Assembly (NCBI GenBank): GCA_965198115.1
Contig: OZ240241.1
Coordinates: 8,000,001 to 8,064,000 of the forward strand
Reading direction: 5' to 3'
From: Candidatus Latescibacterota bacterium
GTDB taxonomy: Bacteria; Latescibacterota; UBA2968
DNA: 64,000 bases
Below are positions 11,318 through 21,718 of this stretch, piece by piece; the stretch's first letter is position 1; each line of letters opens with the position of its first letter. Under the pieces are notes generated by a model. That model saw only the letters and a list, made by a program, of their open reading frames with translations. It was not told where the DNA came from and did not search any database. Both the position numbers and the translations under genes were made by a program.

Positions 11318-12106
11318 ATGGATGTTGGGTGCTATCTGGATCGAATCGGTTTCAAACGCTCGGTCGAGCCGACCGCGGATGTCCTGCGGCATCTCCATCG
11401 TACACACCTCTTCAGCGTTCCGTTCGAAAACCTCGACATTCCACTCGGGCGCAGCATCGTGCTGAACCTTCGGTCGCTCTACGAAAAGGTGGTCGTTCAC
11501 GGCCGTGGGGGGTTCTGTTACGAGCTGAACGGTCTTTTCGGCTCGTTGCTTCGCGAGGTCGGGTTCGAGGTCGACGTGCTTTCGGGGCGCGTTTTTTCCG
11601 ATGGCGAGTTCGGTCCGGAGTTCGACCATATGCTGCTTTTTCTCGCCGCGGATGGTCCGATGATCGCCGATGTTGGATTCGGGGATTCGTTCGTCGAACC
11701 CGTGAGGCTGGGCAGGGAGGTTCGAGACATCGACGGTCGAGCCTACAGGGTGACCGAGAACACCGATGGCTGGGTGTTGGAGCGGCTTGTAGAGACCTCG
11801 TGGGTGCCACAATACGCGTTCACGCTCGAACCTCGCGAGCTGTGCGATTTCGAGGAAATGTGTCACTTCCAGCAGACGTCACCTGATTCTGTGTTCAGGA
11901 GGAAGAGCATCTGCTCAATGGCGACGCCTACAGGGCGTATCACGCTGTCGAACGATCGTCTGATCATCACGCACGGCGGTCATCGCCACGAGCAGGAGAT
12001 CGAAGATGTCGAGCGCTATCGGTCCCTGCTGGGCGAGCACTACGGAATCAGGCTCGACGCAGATGCGGACATCCGTGCTCTTCTCCGACCTGAGGGCAAG
12101 CGATGA
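11318..12106 (+). CDS. Arylamine N-acetyltransferase
   Basis: VPFENLD, RGGFCYELN, HMLL and ADVGFG (Cys-His-Asp triad). Confidence 0.95.
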   Translation: MDVGCYLDRIGFKRSVEPTADVLRHLHRTHLFSVPFENLDIPLGRSIVLNLRSLYEKVVVHGRGGFCYELNGLFGSLLREVGFEVDVLSGRVFSDGEFGPEFDHMLLFLAADGPMIADVGFGDSFVEPVRLGREVRDIDGRAYRVTENTDGWVLERLVETSWVPQYAFTLEPRELCDFEEMCHFQQTSPDSVFRRKSICSMATPTGRITLSNDRLIITHGGHRHEQEIEDVERYRSLLGEHYGIRLDADADIRALLRPEGKR

Positions 12107-12880
12107 CCTGTTGTGAATGGGCCGATCCCAGACTGAGCGAGTTCGGTCTGGTGGCGAACCTCCTACGATCCGAACAGGCGGGCCGATTGGACGAGCAGGG
12201 CTACGTGATTCTCGAGGATGTGATCGGCGAAGCTCGCACGGAGGCGTTGCGCAGAGCGTTCGATCGGATTTCCGAGGAGGAGGGCGAAGAGGCCGGCACG
12301 GAGGTGGCGCAGATGGACGGCGTACGGCGTCTGGCCGATCTCGTGAACAAGGACGAAGCGTTCGACAGTGTGTATGTGGAGCCCGTGTTACTGGCCGCGG
12401 TGGGTTTACGTACTCAGACGTCCGTTCAAGCTGCACTCCGTGAACGGCCACGAGCCGATGAAGGGGGGCGGTCTTCAGGATCTGCACGCGGATACATCGC
12501 AGCCTGTGGTGCCGGGGGGCACCTATCACGTGGTCAATTCGATGTGGATGCTCGATGATTTTACGATGGAAAACGGCTCCACGCGTGTCATCCCGGGCAG
12601 TCATCTGAAACCGGGTCGCATCCACGATCATTTGGAGGATCGGACGGGGGACCAACCCGATCAGGTTCAGTTGACCGCGAAAGCCGGGTCGGTGGCGGTG
12701 TTCAATGGAAACCTGTGGCACAGCTCTTACACCAACCGGGACGGTTCGCCCAGGCGAACACTGCACTGTGCATTCATCGCACGGGAACATCCTCAACAGA
12801 CGAATCAACGCGAGTTTCTGCGTGATGAAACGGCTGTGAGGTTGTCACCTCTGGCGCGATACATTTTGGACGTCGAGTAA
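12103..12880 (+). pseudogene. PhyH-family dioxygenase, +1 frameshift
   Basis: LDEQGY.. then LHAD, NGSTRVIPGSH, LWH in a shifted frame; extra T at ~12406. Confidence 0.85.
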
Positions 12881-12983
12881 AGGTCCTCCTCGAAATGCAG
12901 GGATCATACACAGAAACGAAACCGACCCGACGCAATCTTCGTGACGGGCCCTGTTGGCGTGTTCCTGTGTTCGGTGGTGTTTC

Positions 12984-14459
12984 TTACTTCAATTGCCTCT
13001 CCAGCTCGGCGCAGAAGGTCTTGAGCGTCTTGACGCGCGCATACCGTTTGTCGTTGGCTTCGACGATCGTCCAAGGTGCGTGGTCGGTGTTCGTTCGATA
13101 GAGCATTTCGTTTGCGGCGGCGTGATACAGGTCCCACTTGTCGCGGTTCCGCCAGTCTTCGTCCGTCATCTTCCACTTTTTGTGTGGGGTTCGCTGTCTA
13201 TCCTGGAAACGGCGCAACTGTGTGGCACCGTCGATGTGCATCCAGAACTTGAAGATGATCGTGCCGTGGTTGACGAGGTGTTCCTCCATCTCGTTGATTT
13301 CGCGATAGGCACGCCGCCAGGCTTCTTCGGAGCAAAATTCTTCGATCCGCTCGACCAGCACGCGACCGTACCAAGATCGATCGAACAGAGCGATGTGTCC
13401 TTCCCTCGGTAGCACCTGCCAGAAGCGCCATAGATAGTGGTGTGCCTTTTCGACGTAGTTGGGAGCCGCAATCGGGATGACTTCGTAGCCGCGCGGGTCC
13501 ATCCGGCGAAGCAAACGCCTCATGTTGCCGCCCTTGCCTGCGGCATCCCACCCTTCGTAGACGACGATGGCGGATCGTCCCTGACGGAACAACTCGTGCT
13601 CGAGTTCTCGGGCGCGCTCCTGGTGCTTCCGAAGCTGATTGCTGTACTCGCCGCGGGGCAACCTGGGTGACAGGTCGATGTCGCCGAGCACGTCGGGAAT
13701 CGGCGCCTGATCCCAAGCCGGGGGACCGAACTGAACTTCCGTCTGCGTGTGGGTTCGTATTCGGGTCTCGACGGACTGGATGACGGTGTTGAAGACCTTC
13801 TGTGTCGCGTAACGCCAATCTTCGGCTTCGACGATCGTCCAGGGAGCGTATTGCGTATGGGTACGGGCGAGCATCGCGTTCGTGATCTTGGCGTAGCGGC
13901 CATACTGTTTGTGCTTTTCCCAGTCCTTCTCCGTCACGCGCCAGGCCGTGGATGGGTTGCTCTCGAGTTCCCTGAAGCGGGTTTCCTGCTCTCTGGGGGA
14001 CATGTGCAGGAAAAACTTGAGGATGATGTATCCGTCGTCCACGAGCTGACGTTCGAATGTGTTGACTTCCTCGTAGGCACGATCACCGACTTTGTCGGCG
14101 ATGGATTCGTCGAACCCTTCGATCAGAAAGCGGCTGTACCAGGAGCGGTCGAAGATGGCGATTCGGCCCCGTGCGGGTGTCCGGGTCCAGAACCGCCAGA
14201 AATAGGCGTGGCTTCGTTCTTCGGTCGTCGGCTCCGTGATGCTGTGGACGACGGCCCCCCGCGGATCGAGCGAGAGCAGAAGCTTGTTGATTAACGTTCC
14301 CTTGCCCGAGGCGCCCCATCCCTCGAAGGCGATGATCAGCGGGAGCTCGAGCTCGCGAAGGCTGCGTTGAAGCTCGCCAAGACGATTCTCGAGGTCGTCC
14401 TTTTGGGCTTTGTAGTCGGACTTGCGTGTTCGTTTGGTCAGGTCGACGGTGTCCAGCAT
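12984..14459 (-). CDS. pap: Two-domain polyphosphate kinase 2 (polyphosphate:AMP phosphotransferase)
   Basis: Two PPK2 domains: EGWGASGKG/DRSWY and EGWDAAGKGG/DRSWYGRVLVER. Confidence 0.92.
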   Translation of the reverse strand: MLDTVDLTKRTRKSDYKAQKDDLENRLGELQRSLRELELPLIIAFEGWGASGKGTLINKLLLSLDPRGAVVHSITEPTTEERSHAYFWRFWTRTPARGRIAIFDRSWYSRFLIEGFDESIADKVGDRAYEEVNTFERQLVDDGYIILKFFLHMSPREQETRFRELESNPSTAWRVTEKDWEKHKQYGRYAKITNAMLARTHTQYAPWTIVEAEDWRYATQKVFNTVIQSVETRIRTHTQTEVQFGPPAWDQAPIPDVLGDIDLSPRLPRGEYSNQLRKHQERARELEHELFRQGRSAIVVYEGWDAAGKGGNMRRLLRRMDPRGYEVIPIAAPNYVEKAHHYLWRFWQVLPREGHIALFDRSWYGRVLVERIEEFCSEEAWRRAYREINEMEEHLVNHGTIIFKFWMHIDGATQLRRFQDRQRTPHKKWKMTDEDWRNRDKWDLYHAAANEMLYRTNTDHAPWTIVEANDKRYARVKTLKTFCAELERQLK

Positions 14460-14539
14460 TGCGTCGGGTCTCTCGGAGGATTGTTGTATCGTGGGTAAAG
14501 GACGTGGTTACAATAACTTAGAAGCGCAGGCGTTCCGTG

Positions 14540-15325
14540 TCAAGGTCGTGTGCGATGGAAGGCCAGATCCGAGAAAGCGCCCGTTACGGCTCCGCCCGTG
14601 TTGTCCGAGTCCGACATCAGGTAGACGCGTACGATGCGTCCGGGCTCCTCGTTCGGATAGACGCGTCTGTAGTCGGCGTAGAGGTTCCGAACCTCGGGCA
14701 CCCATCGTCCGACGTTGGATTCCCCGGATTCAGCGACGATGCGATGATACTGAAATCGCCAGAAGAAGATCCTCTTTTCCTGGACGAGGATGGATTCCTC
14801 TGGAAGCGAGCGGGTCCACACGTAAGAGATTTCGCGGAGGTCGTCGCTGCCCTTCCTGAGGAGACTGACGCCGAGTTTGGCGGCGAAGTCATCCCCCTTG
14901 CGCTGGATCTTGCCTTTCTTGTCGACGGTCTCGCGGTCGTCGACCGTATTGCTGACTCGCCATTTCCACGAAAGGTAACGGTGGTCGGACGCGTCGAGGA
15001 GGACCCCGGTTTCCCGGTCGATTCTTCGCACGTCGTTCGCGAAATCCCTGGGTGGCCGGTTGCAGTCGCGGATCCAATCGGTATCGGTTTCGATGTCCAG
15101 AGGTCCGTGTAAAGTCGGCACCTGCCAGTAGAGAGCGGCGGATTTTTCCGTCTGGATCGTGAGCGATCCGTTCTGCTGGATGAGTCTGGATGGATCCTCG
15201 CAGTCGTTCCAGTCACGCCGAAGCCAGAGACTCGCCAGATCGAGGGACACTCGCTCCTGGCTGGCGGTCGGGGTTGCCGTCGCGATCAGCGTGTGCACGG
15301 CAATCAGGGTCAGAAGGACTTTCAT
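14540..15325 (-). CDS. Exported DUF3047-family protein
   Basis: Signal peptide; LSWKWRV, GDDFAA, ISYVW and MSDSDNTG motifs. Confidence 0.8.
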   Translation of the reverse strand: MKVLLTLIAVHTLIATATPTASQERVSLDLASLWLRRDWNDCEDPSRLIQQNGSLTIQTEKSAALYWQVPTLHGPLDIETDTDWIRDCNRPPRDFANDVRRIDRETGVLLDASDHRYLSWKWRVSNTVDDRETVDKKGKIQRKGDDFAAKLGVSLLRKGSDDLREISYVWTRSLPEESILVQEKRIFFWRFQYHRIVAESGESNVGRWVPEVRNLYADYRRVYPNEEPGRIVRVYLMSDSDNTGGAVTGAFSDLAFHRTRP

Positions 15326-15360
15326 CGAGATCGGACGCCTCGTCTGCAGAGGTGATGAGC

Positions 15361-15382
15361 GGTGTATCTCTAAAGATACACC
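15361..15382. promoter_or_regulatory. Perfect palindrome upstream of the DUF3047 gene
   Basis: GGTGTATCT-CTAA-AGATACACC. Confidence 0.4.
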
Positions 15383-15555
15383 TGTGACCGTTTTCCCACG
15401 GCTTCGAGAAGAACCGCCGTCAACGCGGTCATCCCCGGAAGTCCGTGCAAATGTCGTTCCTGACGTACACGAAGAAGGCCCCGGGAAAGTTCCCGAGACC
15501 CTTCCGGTCTATATGGTCTGTAGTTTCCACAACTTCCACCGTCCGTTGAGCTTCC

Positions 15556-15738
15556 TCAGTCCTTTTCCCCGACAAGGGCCTCGATCCCGCAGTTGCTTCC
15601 CCCTCTATGTTTCGGTGTTGTCTGTGGATCCCTCAACTTTCCACCGCCAATAAAGCTTTCTCGGTCCTTCTCCCCGACTAGGGGTCTCGATTTTCGAGGC
15701 TCCCGTATACCCTCCGTGTTCTCCGTGTTCTCAGTGGT
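15556..15738. repeat. Two ~30-bp imperfect direct repeats plus a 9-mer tandem
   Basis: TCRGTCCTTYTCCCCGAC.AGGG..TCGAT at 15556 and 15661; CTCCGTGTT x2 + CTCAGTGGT at 15712-15738. Confidence 0.6.
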
Positions 15739-15745
15739 TCGCCCT

Positions 15746-17554
15746 TTATTCTGTGATGATGTCGGCAAAGGTCTTGCCGGACGGGATCATCGGAAGCACG
15801 TGCTCCTGGTAAGGGACGCTGATGTCGAGCAGATAGGGTCCCTTCGAGCCAATCATTCTCATGAGGGCGGGCTCGAGGTCTTTTCTGTGCTCGATGCGCT
15901 CTGCTTCAACTTTAAACCCTTCTGCGACCTTGACGAAGTCGGGAAAGATCAGATGTCCGGGGGTTGCGTGCATGTCATCGGCCGCGAGGGCCGCTTCGGG
16001 ATCCCCGATGTAGGTGTGACCGCGGTTCCCCTCGTAGAAGCGGTCCTCCCACTGCACGACCATGCCCAGATGCTGGTTGTTGAGGATCAGGATCTTGACC
16101 GGGATCTGCTCGGCGTGGAGGGTGGCGAGTTCCTGAACATTCATGGCAAAGGAGCCGTCCCCGTCGATGTCGATCACGAGCGCGTCGGGGCGCGCAAGCT
16201 GTGCGCCCAAAGCGGCCGGCAAGCCGAACCCCATGGCACCCAGGCCGCCGCTCGTGAGCCAGTTTCGCGGCTCGTCGAACGGGTAAAATTGGGCTGCCCA
16301 CATCTGGTGTTGTCCGACGCCGGTCGAGATGACGGCTTTCCCTTCCGTCAGTCTGTAGAGGGTGTCGATCGCATCCTGCTGGAGAATGAGGTCGTCCGTT
16401 TCCTGGAACCGGAATGGATGCTTTTCGCGCTGGGTGTCGATCTCCTTGAGCCAGACCTCGTAGTCGCCGGGCTCGACCATGCCGATCAGCTCATCGAGGG
16501 CGTATTTGATGTCGCTCTCGATCGGTAGGTGGGCTTCCTTGTTTTTATTGAGCTCCGACGGGTCGATGTCGATGTGCACGATGTGGCCGTGCTTGCAGAA
16601 TTCCTCGAGCTTTCCCGTCACCCGATCGTCGAAACGGACGCCGAAAGCGAGCAGCAGGTCGGCGTGGTTCACGGCATAATTGGCGTAGACCGAACCGTGC
16701 ATGCCGAGCATCTGCAGCGAGAGCGGGTGGGTTTCGGGAAACGCACCGAGTCCCATCAGGGTCTGAGCGACAGGGATGTTGGTCCCAATCGCGAAATCAC
16801 GCAGGGCCTGAGATCCGCCGGAGCTGATGATGCCACCACCCGCGTAGATGACGGGGCGCTTGGCATCTTTGATTAGCCGTGCGACCGTGGCGATTTCGTC
16901 ACGGCTCGCCCGAGCATTGGGGGTGTAACTCGGGATCGAAGCGTGATCCGGAAAGTGCGGGACCGTTGTGGTCTGCTGGACATCCTTGGGAATGTCGACG
17001 AGCACGGGACCGGGGCGCCCCGAGTTAGCGATGTAAAAGGCCTCCTTCACGACCCTGGGGATGTCGTCGACGTTTTCGATGAGGTAGTTGTGTTTCGTGA
17101 TCTGGCGTGTGATCTCGATGATGGGTGTTTCCTGGAATGCGTCGCGACCGATGTTCGCGCTCGGGACCTGGCCGGTGACGGCGACCACGGGGACACTGTC
17201 CATCTTGGCATCTGCGAGGCCGGTCACGAGGTTGGTCGCCCCAGGACCGGAGGTCGCCACACAAACGCCTACACGCCCCGTTGCCTTGGCGTAACCCTCG
17301 GCTGCGAAAATCTCGCCCTGCTCGTGACGGCAAAGAACGCATCGTATGCCCGAACGGGTGATCGCCTGATGGATTTCCATGGACGCGCCACCCGGGTAGC
17401 CAAACAGCAGTTCGACTCCTTCGCGGACGAGGGCGTGAATGAGGATGTCCGCGCCGTTCATGGGCGAAGTCGGCTGTTCGGCCGTTCGAGGGATCGATCG
17501 TGGTTCAGCGACGCCGTTGTCTTCGGTCGTCGCGGTCTGCGTCTTGCCAGCCAT
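15746..17554 (-). CDS. ilvB: Acetolactate synthase large subunit
   Basis: [29 protein letters not shown] and QEHVLPMIP motifs; AGGAGG RBS. Confidence 0.97.
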   Translation of the reverse strand: MAGKTQTATTEDNGVAEPRSIPRTAEQPTSPMNGADILIHALVREGVELLFGYPGGASMEIHQAITRSGIRCVLCRHEQGEIFAAEGYAKATGRVGVCVATSGPGATNLVTGLADAKMDSVPVVAVTGQVPSANIGRDAFQETPIIEITRQITKHNYLIENVDDIPRVVKEAFYIANSGRPGPVLVDIPKDVQQTTTVPHFPDHASIPSYTPNARASRDEIATVARLIKDAKRPVIYAGGGIISSGGSQALRDFAIGTNIPVAQTLMGLGAFPETHPLSLQMLGMHGSVYANYAVNHADLLLAFGVRFDDRVTGKLEEFCKHGHIVHIDIDPSELNKNKEAHLPIESDIKYALDELIGMVEPGDYEVWLKEIDTQREKHPFRFQETDDLILQQDAIDTLYRLTEGKAVISTGVGQHQMWAAQFYPFDEPRNWLTSGGLGAMGFGLPAALGAQLARPDALVIDIDGDGSFAMNVQELATLHAEQIPVKILILNNQHLGMVVQWEDRFYEGNRGHTYIGDPEAALAADDMHATPGHLIFPDFVKVAEGFKVEAERIEHRKDLEPALMRMIGSKGPYLLDISVPYQEHVLPMIPSGKTFADIITE

Positions 17555-17605
17555 CGGAGTGGCCTCCTTGGCACTGAGAAACTGCCGAAACTGCATTCTG
17601 CAGAT

Positions 17606-17644
17606 AAAGAAAAACCCGCCGCAAGGCTTCGTTGCGGCGGGTTT
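17606..17644 (-). terminator. Attenuator terminator of ilvB
   Basis: Minus strand AAACCCGCCGCAA-cgaagcc-TTGCGGCGGGTTTTTCTTT. Confidence 0.85.
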
Positions 17645-17665
17645 GATCGATCAGGTTGACAACCT

Positions 17666-17758
17666 TCAGGCGCGACCCCACCGCCGCTTGCACGCGACAA
17701 TGCCTACTCGTACGGCTACGAGCGAAAGGGGGTTCGTGCTGGTGTGCCGGGTCGTCAT
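17666..17758 (-). CDS. ilv leader peptide (30 aa)
   Basis: MTTRHTSTNPLSLVAVRVGIVACKRRWGRA, with an L/V/I cluster, located between promoter and terminator. Confidence 0.8.
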   Translation of the reverse strand: MTTRHTSTNPLSLVAVRVGIVACKRRWGRA

Positions 17759-17808
17759 GGTGTGCGATTGCTCTAATTAATTAGCCAAACTTCTCAAACA
17801 ACCTTCTA

Positions 17809-17837
17809 ATAGTAGGGTTCGGTGTGAGAGGTGTCAA
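17809..17837 (-). promoter_or_regulatory. Sigma70 promoter of ilv leader/ilvB
   Basis: TTGACA-17-TACTAT. Confidence 0.85.
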
Positions 17838-17906
17838 GGGGAAATGTGGAACAGTGGGCACCGGAACCGTTGTTCGTGATCCGGAGAAACCCGGCACGGA
17901 CCGGGA

Positions 17907-18674
17907 CTATGCCTCCTCCTCGAGTTCTTTCAACCGATCGCGGAGCTTGGCGGCCTTTTCGAACTCTTCCTGTTCGATGGCCTGATCCAATTCCTCCTTC
18001 AACCGGTCCTCCAGCGTATTGGGTCGTTTCTGGTTGAGCTCTTTCTCCAGGTCGTCGAGTGCCTGTACCGACCGTCGCTGCTCGATACGAAACTCTTCGG
18101 CATCGACCTCTTCGAGCTCTTCGATCTGATCTCTGGCTTCTCCGATGATCGTGAAGGAGGCTTCGAAGTCTTCGTTCTGCATGGCGATCATCACCCGGGC
18201 AACGGCGTGAATACGGATGATGTAGGGCCACCACTTTTCGAGATTGGACTGGTCCTCCTCCCGCTCGGCGTAGCGGTTCACGAAACGGAAAAGGGCCATG
18301 TTGAATTCCGTGTCGCGGATCACGCGATCGTAGTCCTGAACCTGGAGAAGGAAGACGTAGCGTTCGTACATACGGCGGCTTTCGTCGAACAACTCCTGAC
18401 AATCCTTTTCGCTCAGGCAGAAGCCATCGTCGGATCCGCTGTCGCCGATGAGTGTATCCAGCTTTTCCCGATAGTGCTCGAGTACGAAGTCTGAATCGTG
18501 CGGGCGACGGCCGTCCGGCCGACCATCCAGGTCCATTTGGAGAATGCCCTGGAACGCTCCCTGATCGACGCGGACCTGGATCCGCTCGGTGCCGTCCTCA
18601 TCGATGACTTTCCTGATGCTGTTCTCAGGGTCGAACGGCCATTCACTCAGAAGATTGACGATGTTGTCGTTCAT
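17907..18674 (-). CDS. UvrB/UvrC-motif-containing conserved protein
   Basis: GILQMDLDGRPDG core; C-terminal L..AIEQEEFEKAAKLRD UVR motif. Start codon uncertain. Confidence 0.8.
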   Translation of the reverse strand: MNDNIVNLLSEWPFDPENSIRKVIDEDGTERIQVRVDQGAFQGILQMDLDGRPDGRRPHDSDFVLEHYREKLDTLIGDSGSDDGFCLSEKDCQELFDESRRMYERYVFLLQVQDYDRVIRDTEFNMALFRFVNRYAEREEDQSNLEKWWPYIIRIHAVARVMIAMQNEDFEASFTIIGEARDQIEELEEVDAEEFRIEQRRSVQALDDLEKELNQKRPNTLEDRLKEELDQAIEQEEFEKAAKLRDRLKELEEEA

Positions 18675-18791
18675 GACGTTGTCGAAAAGAGATGGTTTGG
18701 CGGTCGAACGGAGCCCACGGGAGGAGCGATAAGGGCTGGCTAATGTACGCGGCGTGCGAAACCCAGGCAAGACCGAATCCTGCCAGCCGTC

Positions 18792-18820
18792 TTGACTTAC
18801 GTAGCCGCGCCAGCTATCCT
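18792..18820 (+). promoter_or_regulatory. Sigma70 promoter separated from its gene by an IS
   Basis: TTGACT-17-TATCCT, pointing toward the transporter remnant at 20233. Confidence 0.55.
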
Positions 18821-18844
18821 AAACCACCGTTTTGTAAGACCTTA

Positions 18845-20135
18845 GGGTTCGCGAATAAATAAACGGTCGATCTCAATGTTGAGCCATTGGCCGGATCGTG
18901 TAGTTCCAGTCGCCGTGGAAATCGTGCGGAGTGAGATCGATTTGGGTCATCTGTTCATCGGTCACCTTGACCCCGTTAGGGTAGGGTCGCTTGTCGATCT
19001 CGGAGCGTACTCGGAGACCGGCTTGAGTGGTCGTTCCGGCAATGAGATTCACGGTTGCAGCCAGGCTGACCAGGGGCTTGCCTCGCCAGTTCATAGCGAT
19101 GAAGGAGAACAGGCGATGTTCGATCTTGTTCCACTTACTAGTGCCAGGAGGGTAGTGGCATACGGTGATCGTCAGGCCAGTGCGATTCGCAAAGCGCTGC
19201 AGCTCCCACTTCCACAGCCGCGTCTTGGCGCCGTTGCTGCCGCCTGCGTCCGCCGTGATTAGCAGATGCGTCGAAGTGCCGTAGGCGGGCCGTCCCATGT
19301 TCTTCCACCAACTTCGGATCGCATTCACGGCGAAGCTGGCCGTGTCGTGATCGATACCGACACTTACCCAGCCTTCATCACGGCTCAGATCATACACTCC
19401 ATAAGGGATCGCCTTGCCCTGAGCAGGCACTATGAAATCGTGTACCTTCACACGCTCCGGGTCTCCCTTGGGTCGCCATTCTCGGCCAGGATTCTTGAAG
19501 TCGCCGATCAACTCTTTCTTCTTGGTGTCCACCGAGATAACGGGAAGGCCCTGCTGCTGCTGGCTAATCCGATCATCGAGGTAAACGAACTGAGCGTCCC
19601 GATCCGGGTGTGCAGATCCCTCCCTTGTCTTCCGATTCGCCTGCAGCGTGTAATCGTGTTCGTGCAGGAGATTGGCAACGATCCTGGGGCTCACCGAATG
19701 CCCCATCGCTTGCAACTCGGCGGCCAGTTTGCGAGTGCTCTTCGATGTCCATCTCAGAGGATTGTCGTCAGGCGACCCCGCAGTCGTTGGCTCGACCAGA
19801 TCATTCAGGTCCTGCCACAGCGTCGGGTCCGTGTCGGCCTTCCGCTTACGACCGCCGCCTGGACGCCGGATGCGAGCCGGGTCCAAAGGTTCGTCCGACC
19901 TCAACTCCTGAATGCCACGAAAGATCCGCTCTCTGGACATTCCTGTCGCCAGAGCCACAATCGCGATCCCACCGTGACCCAACGCTTCGGCTTCCGTGGC
20001 GGCCCACAGACGACGCGTGCGTTCCGTCAGCACCGGAGCCAAGGCTTCATACTTCGTTCGGAGAGTTTCGACGTCCACACTCCGAGCGTAAGATCATTAC
20101 CTTGAAAAGTGCAGCACTTATTTCGTGGCAAACCC
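18845..20135 (-). mobile_element. ISAzo13-family IS, copy 2 (1291 bp)
   Basis: Same IRs as copy 1; TTA duplication (18842-44, 20136-38); transposase 18873-20078 with one CAG fewer. Confidence 0.95.
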
Positions 20136-20232
20136 TTAGGCGTCTTGCTTGAAGTCTGTGAAGTTTGCGACTGTCTGTCGCGGCCTGCTTCCTCCGTTGC
20201 TCGATTTGTGATTACCCAGTGGGTACCCTGTC

Positions 20233-20307
20233 CTGGCTAACTGGATTTATACTCGTCTGGCCATCATGATGTTCCTCCAGTTCGCCATTTGGGGTTCCTG
20301 GGGGCCG
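20233..20307 (+). pseudogene. 5' stub of a NupG/YegT-type nucleoside:H+ symporter
   Basis: IYTRLAIMMFLQFAIWGSW matches the family's first helix, then ends abruptly. Confidence 0.7.
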
Positions 20308-20426
20308 GCCAGGTTCGCGGTGATGCTGTGTCGCGCGATGATGGTGGCCTCTTCCTCGCTCGAGCCGGAACGCATCAGCAACGTGGCGGCGATTGTCTCG
20401 AGCTTTTCGGCGGATATCTTCGGCAT
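20305..20426 (-). pseudogene. 5' stub of an Ldh_2 (malate/lactate/ureidoglycolate dehydrogenase) gene
   Basis: MPKISAEKL...EEATIIARHSITANLAG stops just before the expected HDSHG. Confidence 0.75.
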
Positions 20427-20481
20427 GGATCGGTGCTTCCTTTCTTGCAAGACGCCAGCTTGTTCGTGTCGTTATCTGTCC

Positions 20482-21567
20482 CTACCGGACGTGTGCATCC
20501 AAAAACCTCACTATGCGTGCATAGGCGTCTTGGACAGAAGGGTCGGAAAGGTGGGACCAGTCCTCGTCGAACATGTGACCGAATCCGGGAAATCGCAGGA
20601 ACTCGTGCTCGATACCGACTTTCGCCATTGCCTCGGCCATTTGGATGCCCTGCCCGACGGGGATCATAGTATCGGCTTCTCCATATAGGAGAACGGTCGG
20701 TGGGTAACCCTCGGTCACGTTTCGAACGGGCTCATACTGATGGAACCATTCCGGCTCCAGTATTGGGTCTCTGCCGGTCACCACATTGGGCCAGATTCCA
20801 TTTTCGTAGCAGTAGAGGATGTATTTGTTCCGACCCCGGGAGCCGCCTTCAAGGAAGCTCTCGGCCTCCTCGTTGGTCACCGGCTTGTCCGGCCATTTGA
20901 CGTACTCGAGTTCGATACGCTGCTCGGGTGGTGGAACCTGATAATCGGTAATCCAAGTTCCGCTGATGTCGGTGGGGCCGTAGAAACCGATAAGGGCTTG
21001 GGGTCCTGGACGCAGACGAGCTCCGGCGATCAAGCTGAGATAGCATCCCGCAGACCGACCCCACAGAGCAATGCGGTCGGGGTCGATATTAAACCGTGCG
21101 GGTCCATTTCTGCGCACCCATGCGTAGGCGTCTTCGACATCTGCGATGATCTCGGGCAGCTTGTGCTCGGGTGCGACCCGGTATTGGACGTTCGCAAGCG
21201 CATAGCCGGCGTCCAGAAACTTCCTCTGTCTTTCACCTGCCTTCAGATTCGGCGGTCCCTTTCCCAGAATCAGTCCGCCAGCGTGGAAGTAGATGACGAA
21301 GGGACGGACTTCGTCGTCGGCCAAACGCATGACGTCGATTTTCAGGCTGTCACCCTCGACGATCTTGAAGGTATAGGTCTTCTTCTCGTATGTCGTCTCA
21401 GTTTCCTGGGCCATCGAATCCTGAGAGAACCAAGTAAAAAGAATAGCAGCCGAAATAGCGTACTTGAGTGCCTTGCCGGGACGTCTCAGAGATGATCCTC
21501 CTTGGTGGGAAAACGTCATTCCTTGAACTTCATTCCCTCGGCTCTTAGGTGTCCGTGCCGGTGGCAA
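20482..21567 (-). CDS. Alpha/beta hydrolase (esterase), probably exported
   Basis: HAGG, YRVAPE, GRSAG nucleophile, D and GH triad residues. Start uncertain. Confidence 0.88.
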   Translation of the reverse strand: MPPARTPKSRGNEVQGMTFSHQGGSSLRRPGKALKYAISAAILFTWFSQDSMAQETETTYEKKTYTFKIVEGDSLKIDVMRLADDEVRPFVIYFHAGGLILGKGPPNLKAGERQRKFLDAGYALANVQYRVAPEHKLPEIIADVEDAYAWVRRNGPARFNIDPDRIALWGRSAGCYLSLIAGARLRPGPQALIGFYGPTDISGTWITDYQVPPPEQRIELEYVKWPDKPVTNEEAESFLEGGSRGRNKYILYCYENGIWPNVVTGRDPILEPEWFHQYEPVRNVTEGYPPTVLLYGEADTMIPVGQGIQMAEAMAKVGIEHEFLRFPGFGHMFDEDWSHLSDPSVQDAYARIVRFLDAHVR

Positions 21568-21673
21568 CGAGTTCGTTAGCAGTCGAGTATCCCTCCTGCT
21601 TCCACCACACGAGGCCGCCCTGCAGTTCCTTCACGTCGAATCCAAGCCGGGCCATGTTCAGCGCGCCCTTTGC
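21545..21673 (-). pseudogene. C-terminal remnant of a rhodanese-domain protein
   Basis: KGALNMARLGFDVKELQGGLVWWKQEGY..stop; no 5' part present. Confidence 0.7.
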
Positions 21674-21718
21674 TTGGCGCCAAGTACCGCGAATGAAAAC
21701 GACCGCCTCCTGCGCATG

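Noticed and set aside
15556-15691. CRISPR mini-array from two ~30-bp repeats
   Set aside because: Only two imperfect copies, a 75-bp spacer, and no cas genes in the window.
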